Of a stretch of DNA of 64,000 nt, positions 28,866 to 38,733 are shown piece after piece. Origin of the DNA: an uncultured virus (IMG/VR IMGVR_UViG_3300024239_000354). Lineage: Duplodnaviria > Heunggongvirae > Uroviricota > Caudoviricetes. A program made the position numbers and the translations under genes. Below the pieces are notes generated by a model, which was given only the letters and a program-made list of their open reading frames with translations, did not search any database and was not told the DNA's origin. Within the stretch, counting starts at the first letter, position 1, and each line of letters opens with the position of its first letter. The stretch lies in IMG/VR virus record IMGVR_UViG_3300024239_000354; one strand, given 5' to 3'.

Positions 28866-29114
28866 TCACCGACGTAGGTTGCGATCAACGTGATTCCGCA
28901 GATCGGTAAGATAGGCGATGATCGCCTTCATGGCATCCGCGTGCTGCCGTTCCACCGATGGCGGTCGGGGCAACGTATCGAGTTTATGCTTCAACTCATT
29001 AGCAGCGTTTAGAACATCGTTCACCTTGTTGCCGAACTCGGCTTCGCGGTAGGAACTGTAATCGTTCTCGGTGAGCAGACCAGCAAGCTCTTTTACGCGG
29101 TCAAGATCATTCAT
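28866..29114 (-). CDS. small helical protein with LxRxxxLAG motif
   Basis: MNDLDRVKELAGLLTE; GAGG RBS. Confidence 0.7.
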   Translation of the reverse strand: MNDLDRVKELAGLLTENDYSSYREAEFGNKVNDVLNAANELKHKLDTLPRPPSVERQHADAMKAIIAYLTDLRNHVDRNLRR

Positions 29115-29115
29115 T

Positions 29116-29421
29116 TCATTCCTCATAGTAGCTGGCGTCGATACCGGTGATCTCAACGGTTACCCGGTCACTACCGTCACCGTCGATGGCGCTTTCCTTT
29201 TTGCCGCCGCCGTTCTTGATGCAGATTTCGGTGTAGGCTCCACCATTGGCGCTTTCCATATATTTCATGGCACGCAAGAAAGATTTCTTGTTCTCGAAAT
29301 CCTTGTTAATTGTGATGGTGACGGTGATTTCCGCTTCGTCCAGTTCGGTCTTCTCTGGCTTGCTGGTATCCACATCTTCATTCACGATCTGGCGATACCG
29401 CTTGATGTCATCAATACTCAT
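29116..29421 (-). CDS. small leader-bearing protein
   Basis: MSIDDIKRYRQIVNE. Confidence 0.7.
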   Translation of the reverse strand: MSIDDIKRYRQIVNEDVDTSKPEKTELDEAEITVTITINKDFENKKSFLRAMKYMESANGGAYTEICIKNGGGKKESAIDGDGSDRVTVEITGIDASYYEE

Positions 29422-29450
29422 CTGCATTCCTTTGCGAGCGTTGCAGATAG

Positions 29451-29458
29451 TATTTATA
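29451..29458 (-). promoter_or_regulatory. T4-type late promoter TATAAATA
   Basis: Exact T4 gp55 late consensus upstream of a leader-gene operon. Confidence 0.65.
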
Positions 29459-29518
29459 GCATTTGGTGACGGTTTCTATTTTATTGACTAGAAAATTTTT
29501 CTTACTTAGAAACAGTAC

Positions 29519-31507
29519 ATGGCTCGACGTTTTTCGACGCGACAACGAATCAAACTACTGTTGTTGGCAGACTACCAATGTTCAGAATGCGGTATTGATC
29601 TGACCGAGGACAATTTCCACGCAGATCACGTCACACCATATGCATGTGGTGGACCATCTGACATATCTAACGGGCAAGCATTATGTAAAACATGTAACCT
29701 CATGAAAGGCTCAAAAATGGCATCAACTGATTACAAGACGTTTACTTTACGTCCATGGCAAAGTACCTGCATTGATCTGATCAAAAATTCATACGTACTG
29801 GGAAAGCGCGATTTTCTGGTTGAAGCATGTCCGGGCGCAGGTAAAACCCCACTCACCCTAGAGCTTTTACATGCATTTAAACAACTCTGTGGGAACATCA
29901 ACGTTCTGATTGTTGTTCCTACGCTCCAAGTAAAAAATCAATGGCTCGAAAATGCAGCGGAGTTCGGGATTTCCCTCGAAGGTGACATCACCCCACAAAA
30001 GTTGGCATTTGCGCGCAATTTTGAAAAAGATGGATATGTGGTAACATATTCATTCATTGCTACCGGTGACAACGCTAAATTGCTTGGGCGGCTTGTTTCA
30101 AGCAATCGGACGCTTATTATTTGTGACGAAATCCATCATGTAGCTGATGGTGCAGATTGGGGAAAGGCATTAGTAACTGCAATCGACAATGCAGTATTTA
30201 GATTGTTGCTTAGCGGTACACCTTTCCGTTCAGACAATCTCCAAATACCATATGTGACATATCGTGACGGTGTTAATGTATCGGACTATGCTTACTCGTA
30301 TAAGAGTGCAATAGTGGATGGTGTGTGTCGTCGTGTTCACTGCTCATCATATGTTGGCACTACAACATGGGAAGATGAGGATGGCACTCATCAACATACG
30401 TTTACCGATTTTCTGTCTGAAAAAGAACGGCGGTATCGGTACAACACTGCTATCATTGCCGAGAGTGATATCATAAGCAAGATGATCACCGATGCAGATG
30501 CAAAGCTAAACGAGTTGCGCAAAATCCACTATCGGGCTGGTGGGTTAATAATTGCACGCGATATTAAGCATGCAACGGAAATCCAAAGAAAAGTTCAACA
30601 AATTACCGGTGAATGCCCATCTTTAATCTCATCAGACGATGAAGATGCTCTACAAAAAATCAAACAATTCCGTCAAGGAAACCAGAAATGGGTTGTGGCA
30701 ATCAAAATGATTGCCGAGGGCGTAGACATTCCTCGTCTACGCGCAATCGTCTATGCAAGTAATATCAAGACTTCGATGTTCATTCGTCAGGTAATTGGGC
30801 GAATTGTTCGTTTCGATTTTGATAAACAAACCACAAATGGCATCCCTCTTGATTCCATGCATCAACAGCATAGCTATTTCTATTTTCCTAAAGACCCTGA
30901 TCTTTACGAAGAAATACTCAAGATCGAAGAGGAAGTCCGGTTGGCAACAACCGTAAAGGGTGAAACCCCACTGACCGAAACTACTGAAGTCCAATCTGCT
31001 GAAAATAAGGGTTTTTTTATCCCCTTGTATGCCACCAATGCCGAAGATGGTGGACATGTGTACGCATCAGAAGAATTCACATCTGCTGAATTCCAAATGG
31101 CATGCACGCTAAAAGCACAAATCCCCGCATTTCAAAACGTAGCAGAAGGCGAACTGATTAAACTGATTCGCAGCGGGATTGTCCAACTTCCATCTATTTC
31201 GGTTCCGCAAACACCAAGCACCGATGGTGGGCGCCAATTAAAAGTTAATGCCAAGACACCGGACCAGATCAAGAAAGAACACAAATTTCAAACCAAGAAA
31301 GTAGTGGACAATATGTTCCGGATTGTCAAGTCCCATGGAGTAGATGACAAGACTTTTTATCCACGAATCAATTCAGTATTGAACAAAATGGTCGGTATAC
31401 AATCCGTGGTAACTGCCACCGAAGTTCAACTAAAAAAACGCCATGACCATGCGTTAGAACTTCTTCGCCAGATAAATCAGAATCCAGCGTTTTTCCACAC
31501 CATGTAA
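29519..31507 (+). CDS. HNH endonuclease-SF2 (ResIII-like) helicase fusion
   Basis: CSEC..ADHVTP..GG..NGQALCKTCN; PGAGKT, DEIHH, SGTP, EGVDIP, QVIGR. Confidence 0.88.
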   Translation: MARRFSTRQRIKLLLLADYQCSECGIDLTEDNFHADHVTPYACGGPSDISNGQALCKTCNLMKGSKMASTDYKTFTLRPWQSTCIDLIKNSYVLGKRDFLVEACPGAGKTPLTLELLHAFKQLCGNINVLIVVPTLQVKNQWLENAAEFGISLEGDITPQKLAFARNFEKDGYVVTYSFIATGDNAKLLGRLVSSNRTLIICDEIHHVADGADWGKALVTAIDNAVFRLLLSGTPFRSDNLQIPYVTYRDGVNVSDYAYSYKSAIVDGVCRRVHCSSYVGTTTWEDEDGTHQHTFTDFLSEKERRYRYNTAIIAESDIISKMITDADAKLNELRKIHYRAGGLIIARDIKHATEIQRKVQQITGECPSLISSDDEDALQKIKQFRQGNQKWVVAIKMIAEGVDIPRLRAIVYASNIKTSMFIRQVIGRIVRFDFDKQTTNGIPLDSMHQQHSYFYFPKDPDLYEEILKIEEEVRLATTVKGETPLTETTEVQSAENKGFFIPLYATNAEDGGHVYASEEFTSAEFQMACTLKAQIPAFQNVAEGELIKLIRSGIVQLPSISVPQTPSTDGGRQLKVNAKTPDQIKKEHKFQTKKVVDNMFRIVKSHGVDDKTFYPRINSVLNKMVGIQSVVTATEVQLKKRHDHALELLRQINQNPAFFHTM

Positions 31508-31546
31508 AAGATTACCCACGGTACGTATCCGTGGGTAAATCTAAGG

Positions 31547-31795
31547 ATGTACATGAAAGTAATTGTAATCGAAACCTATCGGGGTGGGCGTGATCCAGAT
31601 GAATACGCCCACATCGTTACGCCCGACCTTGCGGCGGAACTAGACCGACGTGATCCATGGAAGACATTGGGAAATTACGAAACCCAAGAGGATGACCGTA
31701 TCCTTCATGCATATATCGGTCTTGATGTCATCGAGAAAATCTGTCTCGATGAAGGATATGACATAGTAGACACGATAGAGGCGGTGGGGTACTAG
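31547..31795 (+). CDS. hypothetical protein
   Basis: ORF track; AAGGA RBS. Confidence 0.6.
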   Translation: MYMKVIVIETYRGGRDPDEYAHIVTPDLAAELDRRDPWKTLGNYETQEDDRILHAYIGLDVIEKICLDEGYDIVDTIEAVGY

Positions 31796-31814
31796 AAATA
31801 TTTACGCTGCACTA

Positions 31815-31842
31815 TTGACAAGTCAAAGCTGTATGGTAGTAT
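31815..31842 (+). promoter_or_regulatory. sigma70-like promoter
   Basis: TTGACA-16-TAGTAT with upstream TG. Confidence 0.6.
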
Positions 31843-31872
31843 TAACGTCGAAACAAGAGACGAGAGACGATC

Positions 31873-32277
31873 ATGAGCAGCGTTCGCGAGAAAATCAATG
31901 CCGGTGCCTACAAGACCACTCTGCCCTATCCGAGCCGTGTGGTGGAACCCGCCGTTCTGCGCAAGTCGGCGCGTGATCTGACCGCCGACGAAATGGCTTC
32001 GCTGTCCGCGACCAAGCAGAAGTTCGAACAGGACAAGGAAGCCGAGCGCACCGCCAAGGTCGCCTACAACACCGACACCGAGCGCCTGAAAGCCCAGTTC
32101 AAGGCGGACCTGTTCGCGGAACACGGGGTCACGCTGGGGGATGCGCTGGGCGAGGTGGTGTGGCGGAAGGCGTGGGAAGATGGTCACTCGGCTGGTTACG
32201 GCGAGATCGCCACCCATTTCGAATACCTGACCGATATTATCGACACCGTGAACATGTATTACGTCCGCAAGGCGTAA
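31873..32277 (+). CDS. hypothetical protein
   Basis: GC-rich third positions; own promoter and terminator. Confidence 0.8.
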   Translation: MSSVREKINAGAYKTTLPYPSRVVEPAVLRKSARDLTADEMASLSATKQKFEQDKEAERTAKVAYNTDTERLKAQFKADLFAEHGVTLGDALGEVVWRKAWEDGHSAGYGEIATHFEYLTDIIDTVNMYYVRKA

Positions 32278-32293
32278 TCAATCACCACACACA

Positions 32294-32325
32294 AAAGGGC
32301 GGCAAGAATTGCCGCCCTTTTTGTT
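32294..32325 (+). terminator. intrinsic terminator
   Basis: AAAAGGGCGGCAA-gaa-TTGCCGCCCTTTT. Confidence 0.8.
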
Positions 32326-32379
32326 TTAAATTGCCATTAAATAAACGACCATGGCATCCTCTAAGAAATGGAGGATAAT

Positions 32380-32862
32380 ATGGGACGCGGACCAACTGAA
32401 CTTGAAAAGTGGTTCTGTGAAACGTTTCGGTATGACGTGTTTATACCGGAGCGAGAAATGCTCAATCCACTTGACATCACACTCCCCACGGGTCAGGAGA
32501 TTACAGATTGGTTGACCGAAAACGGCTATACCAAGTCGCTACTAGGTAATGACATCAATTGGGCAGATACCCCAAAAGAGAAATTTTTGGAGCATGACCA
32601 TGTGATCACGCTCGATCATGGCGGGTGTACGTATAGCTTCAAAGAAGACATCGCCGGGCGCATGGATGAACACTTCAATATGAAGTATCGAAAGAAACCC
32701 ATGCGTAAGGGAATGACCGATGTTCAGTGGGAAATGTTTTTGCGAGAGTGCGAGAACAACGGTCTGGCGCCAAAAGAAAATGAAGAGTTTGGAAGCGATG
32801 TAATTACTGCCAAATACTGGTTCATGCTTGGCTGGGATGCGTGCAAGGAAGCTGTCGAATGA
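32380..32862 (+). CDS. hypothetical protein
   Basis: GGAGG RBS. Confidence 0.75.
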   Translation: MGRGPTELEKWFCETFRYDVFIPEREMLNPLDITLPTGQEITDWLTENGYTKSLLGNDINWADTPKEKFLEHDHVITLDHGGCTYSFKEDIAGRMDEHFNMKYRKKPMRKGMTDVQWEMFLRECENNGLAPKENEEFGSDVITAKYWFMLGWDACKEAVE

Positions 32863-33395
32863 CCACCATCACTGATCTCATTCTGAAATTTGCCGACCCC
32901 ACTAAACAGCTTTATATTAGCTATAACGATCATTGGTCGGTGTACGAAACCATCGAGCAATGCTATCGCCACGCCAGTGCTGATAAATGGGTCGATTATG
33001 AGGCTGCGGTGGAGCGCAACGCCGTTTGGGAGGTAGTCGTGTACGATGGCGACACCCGGACGTATCACCGCCTTGCATCTACGCTGGCGAGCGCGCTCGG
33101 CGGACCAGAAAATGGCGAACCATGCGCGGTCGCGGAACTGATTGAACGCGCCCTTCGTGGTCTACCGAATAGTTTCTACATTAATTTCAACGAGCATTCG
33201 CCCGAAATCTACGGCGATCTGATTCTTGAACATGCGGAGCATGACGCACGGGAGTGGATCAGCGACGATGATTACCTTCAGGCGCTCATGACCAACCACG
33301 TGTGGGAAGTGCGATACTACCCAGACACCCCGGTTGGTTTCTGCTCTACTAAAGGCGCCACCCTTGAAAATGCACTCAAGGTCATGCTGGCATGA
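32859..33395 (+). CDS. hypothetical protein with internal duplication
   Basis: Two copies of YIxxNxH..W..A...NxVWEVxxY..T; ATGA overlap. Confidence 0.75.
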   Translation: MTTITDLILKFADPTKQLYISYNDHWSVYETIEQCYRHASADKWVDYEAAVERNAVWEVVVYDGDTRTYHRLASTLASALGGPENGEPCAVAELIERALRGLPNSFYINFNEHSPEIYGDLILEHAEHDAREWISDDDYLQALMTNHVWEVRYYPDTPVGFCSTKGATLENALKVMLA

Positions 33396-33466
33396 AAGTC
33401 AACTGCCATACAAAGCGATTGTGAAGGCGGGAAGCGAGATCACGGCTGTGGTTCGCACCGCCGAGA

Positions 33467-33757
33467 TTATCCCTCTCGTAAGAAATCGTACATCTTGGCG
33501 CCGTTCTTGAAACAGTCACAGCCGTTGCCTTCGGTGTCAGGCACCTTGCCATCGGCATAGTCAAATACCGGGCAGGCGCGGGAACAGGACGAATGGACAC
33601 TATTGCAGGTTTCCGCGAGTTCGTTCTTGATATCCTGCTCGGTAGCGTCGCAGCGCACATACTTGATGATGAATGCACGGGTCAGGTCGGAAAACGCGAG
33701 GGCGTCATCGGACACCTTGCGACCGTGGGCGATCTGGGTGAGGACGTGGCGGGTCAT
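33467..33757 (-). CDS. hypothetical Cys-rich protein
   Basis: GGAG RBS; CxxxHxxCxxxCP..CDC. Confidence 0.7.
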   Translation of the reverse strand: MTRHVLTQIAHGRKVSDDALAFSDLTRAFIIKYVRCDATEQDIKNELAETCNSVHSSCSRACPVFDYADGKVPDTEGNGCDCFKNGAKMYDFLREG

Positions 33758-33768
33758 TCATTTCTCCC

Positions 33769-34100
33769 TTAGCGAACGTTCAGGTAATCATCGTCGTGGT
33801 ACCGCTCACCCACCCGCAGGGTGGAAGCAATCTGCCAGTAATCGAATCCTTCCGGGATGTTGTATTTCGGGCGACGACTGCCGTACTTCTCGTGACGCAC
33901 ATGCATCAACCCATCCTGCTCGTCGTTATGTATTTGGTGCATCAAAGCAATATCTTGAAGAGTTGCGAGAATTTGGGATAAATCACGGGTTTGTTGCACC
34001 AATTCACGACCGTCGCAAAATCCTTTATCTTCTGCGTCAGCAATCAGATGGCAAACATTGGAAAGCCCACCAAAACCAATTGCGACGTAGGTTGTTGGGG
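33769..34100 (-). CDS. hypothetical protein (start unresolved)
   Basis: 3' part of ORF 33769..34374 looks protein-like and precedes the next gene's RBS. Confidence 0.4.
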
Positions 34101-34159
34101 TTAATCCAACCCGCTTTGCATGAAGTAAATGATGCGGCAAGCGACGCACCAATTGACCA

Positions 34160-34551
34160 ATGGACAACCAAAGGTTTATAGCAGAGCATCCCGGTGGTTG
34201 TACCATTGCATCGCCATGATCATCGGGCGGTACTACGCTGACACGCTCGCTCGGTATTGGCCGGATTGGGACGGTGATGGCTTGTCCCCGCATGAATTCG
34301 ATCCGGTGCTGATCGAACATGGTTGGGCGTGGCAGGACAAACGCGGGAAACAACCACCGTGGGCAGATATCCACCTCGTGCGATCAGACGACCACATGGT
34401 GGTGATGCTCGCGGATGGTCAGGTATTAGACCCCGGTCGGGATGTGGCAGGATGCCTTGCCGATTACGAAACCGTATCGTATATTCGGGGGTTGTTCAAA
34501 CTCCAACGATCCATCAATCCCACCATGGACCGCCAAATGGCCTCTTTGTAA
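34160..34551 (+). pseudogene. frameshifted peptidase C39-like gene (or sequence error)
   Basis: Frame A MDNQRFIAEHPGGCTIA joins frame B CIAMIIG..DHMVV..VLDP across a break near 34210. Confidence 0.5.
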
Positions 34552-35515
34552 TCTTAACAACGTTTACTGGCGTTTCGTCAAAAATGGTAATCTCATCTTC
34601 GTCTTGATCGCACGTCATATGATGAAGAACCGTTGTTTCCCAATCTATACTTTGTTCCGGGATGTCGGCTTCGATGACATACAAATGCGTATCATCACGA
34701 TAATCATAAGGGATCGCTTTTTTCTTGGTGTAAGTCCAACTTGTGCCAAGGTGACGTTGGTTAGGTTGCCAATCATCAGGCGCAACAATTGCACGCCAAC
34801 ATTTGACTACACCACCACTGACCATAGAATGCAAACTATTGTACCATTCAACTGCTTCGGTCGTAAGATAGGTGTTCAACCACTGTCGATACGGAGCGAA
34901 AGCCATAGGATTAAAGGAAAAATTCGATGGCAACGACCCATCGTAGTTATCTTCAAAATTCTCTACGTATTCGTCGTCGGAAGTGACAACACCTTGTCGA
35001 ATTTCGGATAAGACTTCATCTGCGACGGCTTCCGCGTCGAACCCCACACCACCTTCGTGCGCTTCGTGTAATCCCTCGACTTGCCAGATTGCGGAATCGT
35101 CAAAAACGATCCATGTAACACCACCCTCTTGTCCTCGGATACAATACCCATCATATCCTTGATCCCGCGCTTCACGGGGAGACAACCCTTCTGCATTGCC
35201 CCATTGATTGGCGGTAACAAGGTAGGGGTTAGTCACTCGTAAATATGCCACCACAATCCTGCCATCACGTGCATACCGGGATGCCATTCGTTTACGGGAC
35301 GTAAAGTAAAACCCAAGTTCATCGTCAATCCCGTCATTACTTCCAGACATATAAAACGCTGGATCAAATCTCGTGAATTGAGCGCGAGTACCATGGTACA
35401 TTTTCAAAGGTTTACCATTACGATCTACGACATGACTACCATCAAACCAGTCGGCAAATTGCGGCGTTCCCGCGCTTTCAATCAAGCGAATATAGTGGCG
35501 AAGGTCTTCCGTCAT
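34514..35515 (-). CDS. leader-bearing double ART-like protein
   Basis: MTEDLRHYIRLIE; FADWF..VVD..GKPL.MYHGT..GFYFT..GYDG; second domain CWRAI..GTSWT..DEDEI. Confidence 0.8.
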   Translation of the reverse strand: MTEDLRHYIRLIESAGTPQFADWFDGSHVVDRNGKPLKMYHGTRAQFTRFDPAFYMSGSNDGIDDELGFYFTSRKRMASRYARDGRIVVAYLRVTNPYLVTANQWGNAEGLSPREARDQGYDGYCIRGQEGGVTWIVFDDSAIWQVEGLHEAHEGGVGFDAEAVADEVLSEIRQGVVTSDDEYVENFEDNYDGSLPSNFSFNPMAFAPYRQWLNTYLTTEAVEWYNSLHSMVSGGVVKCWRAIVAPDDWQPNQRHLGTSWTYTKKKAIPYDYRDDTHLYVIEADIPEQSIDWETTVLHHMTCDQDEDEITIFDETPVNVVKITKRPFGGPWWD

Positions 35516-36354
35516 TGAACCACCCCGTATTTGATGAAAGTATCAGCTTCAGTCCCCACCAACGTGGTCATTTTTCCGCCGTAGCCAATCTCAACATTGA
35601 TCTTGTAGGGCAACCAGTCTTTCTTCCGTAGCCACAACAATCCTCGCTGAATCGCCCGTATGGTGTCGGCATTCACGTACCCAATATCTTCAACCGATAA
35701 CCCGGCAAGCATGGCATCGCTGCCGGTGGCAACTCGCACCCAGCCATTCGCCATGGCACTTCGCAACATGTGGTCTTCCATATCATCACCACAATCCTCA
35801 CGGGACAACCCGTATAGCCGTGGGTTTTCGCGAATTTTGTTCTCGTGGCTCTCGTAGGGATCGAACACAATTTCGCGCCCGGTAGATGGGTTCAACCACG
35901 CTTTGATGAATGGGGTATCGGTTTCGATAGTTTCCGTAACCGGTGTCCTATCATCTACTGAAACCTTCCCTTCGCCATTGACCCAAATGCGCTGGCGGGA
36001 CATCTGCACACCCTGACCACGCAGGGTTTGGATCAAGCTTCCATGGGTCATCCACCATGCATCAACAAAATAACGGTTTCCGTCAACATCTTCCGCACCA
36101 CGAAGGGCATCATCGCCACCGTCCACGTACCCATTCATCCAGGGATCGCCACCCACATTCTCACCACGTAGGAACCGTTGATTCATACTATTGGCAGCAA
36201 ATTGTCGTATTTCTGTTTCCGTGGGGTTGATGATTGGAACGTCCCGCGCAGGCATGTCGTTGGGATAGACTCGTTCTTTGTGGAAGACGCGAAGTTCACA
36301 GATGGTTTGTGCCCCTTCGATAAGAGTAATGTAGCGGCGGATGTCGTCGGTCAT
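35512..36354 (-). CDS. leader-bearing protein, unknown domains A and B
   Basis: MTDDIRRYITLIE at 36354 with GGAG RBS; INPT..LRG..VDA..H; PVTE linker; AWLNP..H..GWVRV. Confidence 0.8.
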   Translation of the reverse strand: MTDDIRRYITLIEGAQTICELRVFHKERVYPNDMPARDVPIINPTETEIRQFAANSMNQRFLRGENVGGDPWMNGYVDGGDDALRGAEDVDGNRYFVDAWWMTHGSLIQTLRGQGVQMSRQRIWVNGEGKVSVDDRTPVTETIETDTPFIKAWLNPSTGREIVFDPYESHENKIRENPRLYGLSREDCGDDMEDHMLRSAMANGWVRVATGSDAMLAGLSVEDIGYVNADTIRAIQRGLLWLRKKDWLPYKINVEIGYGGKMTTLVGTEADTFIKYGVVQ

Positions 36355-36471
36355 CGTGGCACAATCTCCCTCTTGACGAACGCATCCACGTTCATCTGAT
36401 CGAGGATGAAGCTCTTGGTCGGACCATCCCCGCGTATCTCCACGAATGTATTTTCGAATATCATTGGTCAT
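36351..36471 (-). pseudogene. internally deleted leader gene relic
   Basis: MTNDIRKYIR fused out of frame to VEIRGDGPTKSFILDQMNVDAFVKREIVPR*, which resembles domain B C-termini. Confidence 0.65.
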
Positions 36472-36926
36472 GGTATAACCCTTGGAACTTTACCTTTGGT
36501 GATGAAAAATTCAAGATGATTACCAAATAGTTCAAAATCGTGTTTTCCAGCTTGAATGGTCACTGACGAAATAAGAAGGTGTTCCTTGACCAATTCACGA
36601 AGACACAAATGAACGTTCCTTATCGTTTTGCCATCCAGATAAACAATTGATCCATCTGGACTAGACATTATACCACCTCGCACCGCGTTCTTATGCATGA
36701 TGAAATATCGGTTAACCTCTTCTGCGGTGTCACCAAGGTAATAAATGTCATCGTCTTCATCACCGGTAGACATACTTTCATAGTATTCCATAACGTAATC
36801 CGCATGAGCCTGATCATCTAACATAATGAATTCATTATCAACCCACCAAAACCGATCAAACGCTTTATCACGAAGGGTCGAAGCACTCTCGATCAAGTAA
36901 ATATAGCGGCGTATATCGTCAGTCAT
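36468..36926 (-). CDS. leader-bearing protein, divergent domain B
   Basis: MTDDIRRYIYLIE; FWWV..H..AVRG..FITKGKVPR. Confidence 0.75.
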   Translation of the reverse strand: MTDDIRRYIYLIESASTLRDKAFDRFWWVDNEFIMLDDQAHADYVMEYYESMSTGDEDDDIYYLGDTAEEVNRYFIMHKNAVRGGIMSSPDGSIVYLDGKTIRNVHLCLRELVKEHLLISSVTIQAGKHDFELFGNHLEFFITKGKVPRVIP

Positions 36927-36956
36927 TTTAAAGCCCTTGGGTTTGTATACTGGTCA

Positions 36957-37514
36957 TCACCCTACCGGGTCGATTAGCACGTAGGTATCGTCACGAAACA
37001 TTACGTTTTGCTTGCAAATATCGTCACAGCACTCGCCTAATTCACGACCAAGTGCTTGAAGAACATCACGTAATTCGGGATGGTTAGCACCCCATATACG
37101 AGCATTATCTGGTAGCATACTGTACTCACCGTTGTAATACCGCAAATTGAGTGCCATATAGTAGATATCTTTTTCAATTTTTGGTCCGGGTGGTAATGGA
37201 GACAGTTTTTCCATCCGAATAGCCGCGTAATCAGAAGTCACGCGCATAAATTTTCCTCGGAATATAGGAAGATGCGGTGACTCATACCGACCACAAAAAT
37301 CAACGAATTTTTTATAAGCGTGGTCGCGGGTCGCTACCAATTTCAACACCCACCGATCACCAACGCGATGATATACGTCGGCATAATAACCACTACCGAT
37401 TTTTTCGTAACCCGCATTGGTAAGAATAATCGCTGCCTCTTCTTGAGCCGGGCGCTGTAATTCCATTAATGTATTTTCAACCAATCGAATGTATTTTCGA
37501 ATATCATCGGTCAT
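36957..37514 (-). CDS. leader-bearing protein kinase-like protein
   Basis: MTDDIRKYIRLVE; IGSGYYADVY, VLK, DICKQNVM, LIDP. Confidence 0.75.
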   Translation of the reverse strand: MTDDIRKYIRLVENTLMELQRPAQEEAAIILTNAGYEKIGSGYYADVYHRVGDRWVLKLVATRDHAYKKFVDFCGRYESPHLPIFRGKFMRVTSDYAAIRMEKLSPLPPGPKIEKDIYYMALNLRYYNGEYSMLPDNARIWGANHPELRDVLQALGRELGECCDDICKQNVMFRDDTYVLIDPVG

Positions 37515-38122
37515 CGTTTGTCTCTGAATGATAGTGGATCGGTCAACACCATTGTTGATCCACGTGCCATGATATTTCCGCTGTGTAAATCAACCGTAGC
37601 GTCGGGAAACCGACGAACAAGTGCTACATATGCTTTAAGGAAATCTTTATTCCATGATCTCCATCGTTTAAGAAAATTATCTAAGTCTTTTACTTTTGCG
37701 CCATTCCGCACCCATTTATCCAATGCACGTAATCTTTCTGCATACATATTTGCTTCGCTGGAATGCTTAAGACGTTCAATCGGGACGAGATAAAATTTTC
37801 TCCCGCGTTTATCGGCATACCACCGGATTTTTCCCACCCTAGGGAAATGCGGATTAGCTGCTTGAGTGCGAATCCATTCAACATAATCCACCCATGGATC
37901 GTTTTCGGGTCTGTCGTGTCCGACTTTGATTACAATATTGTCACCTGGACGCCCAAACACAACAGAGTAAATCCCACTACCTAACTCGGTATATCCACTC
38001 TGTTCCAACCACGTTGTCAATGCCGCTGGATAATCCCATTGCCCTTTAAAAATCTTACGATAATGAGATGGTGAATTTAACTCAGCAAGCATTGATATGT
38101 AGTGACAGATGTCATCGGTCAT
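37511..38122 (-). CDS. leader-bearing protein kinase-like protein
   Basis: MTDDICHYISMLAE; LGSGIYSVVF, VIK, DLHSGNIM, LTDP. Confidence 0.8.
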   Translation of the reverse strand: MTDDICHYISMLAELNSPSHYRKIFKGQWDYPAALTTWLEQSGYTELGSGIYSVVFGRPGDNIVIKVGHDRPENDPWVDYVEWIRTQAANPHFPRVGKIRWYADKRGRKFYLVPIERLKHSSEANMYAERLRALDKWVRNGAKVKDLDNFLKRWRSWNKDFLKAYVALVRRFPDATVDLHSGNIMARGSTMVLTDPLSFRDKR

Positions 38123-38733
38123 TTCGTTTCGTTGCCTTTTAATTCCTGCTCGGTTTTTGCCATCCAGCGTTTTACTCCCGCTGGCATATTAGGCACACGC
38201 CAACTATCGTGTGGATTACCAATAAATTCCACAACCCGCGCCCGATATGTACGATATTCCCATGACAACGGTTTTTTGATATTGTGTTCAATAAGATCAC
38301 ATGGTTCACCAGACCAGTATTTTTCTGCCCAGCCAAGCATAACATCCATATCGGCCAACTCGGGATCATCCGGACCATAAGCGTTCACACTGCGGTTAAT
38401 AAGCTGCCACCAACCAAGATGGTTACGCTCGAACCGATCAAGTGGGGCGACTCGGTATAGATAGTTGGTATATCCGCCACTGGCGGCGATAACGTTGGGG
38501 TTGTCGGTGTCCGTCATGTAGACACTATCACCACGCCGCAACATATCTTTGGGACGCCGTTGTTCCAAAATAGATTCTGTTTGGCGCATTGCGGGTCGTG
38601 ATGAATGTACCAACCCATCACGATGTGGCGTAAGAACCGCACCTAATGGTAATTTCCATGCACTACCATGTACAAACGTATTAGTAAATTGACTTTCTAC
38701 CAAATTGATATAGTGGCGGATGTCATCGGTCAT
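38119..38733 (-). CDS. leader-bearing ART-like protein (Arr-like motifs)
   Basis: MTDDIRHYINLVE; FVHGS..LPLGAVLTP, VYMT, YLYRVAP, WEY. Confidence 0.65.
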   Translation of the reverse strand: MTDDIRHYINLVESQFTNTFVHGSAWKLPLGAVLTPHRDGLVHSSRPAMRQTESILEQRRPKDMLRRGDSVYMTDTDNPNVIAASGGYTNYLYRVAPLDRFERNHLGWWQLINRSVNAYGPDDPELADMDVMLGWAEKYWSGEPCDLIEHNIKKPLSWEYRTYRARVVEFIGNPHDSWRVPNMPAGVKRWMAKTEQELKGNETK

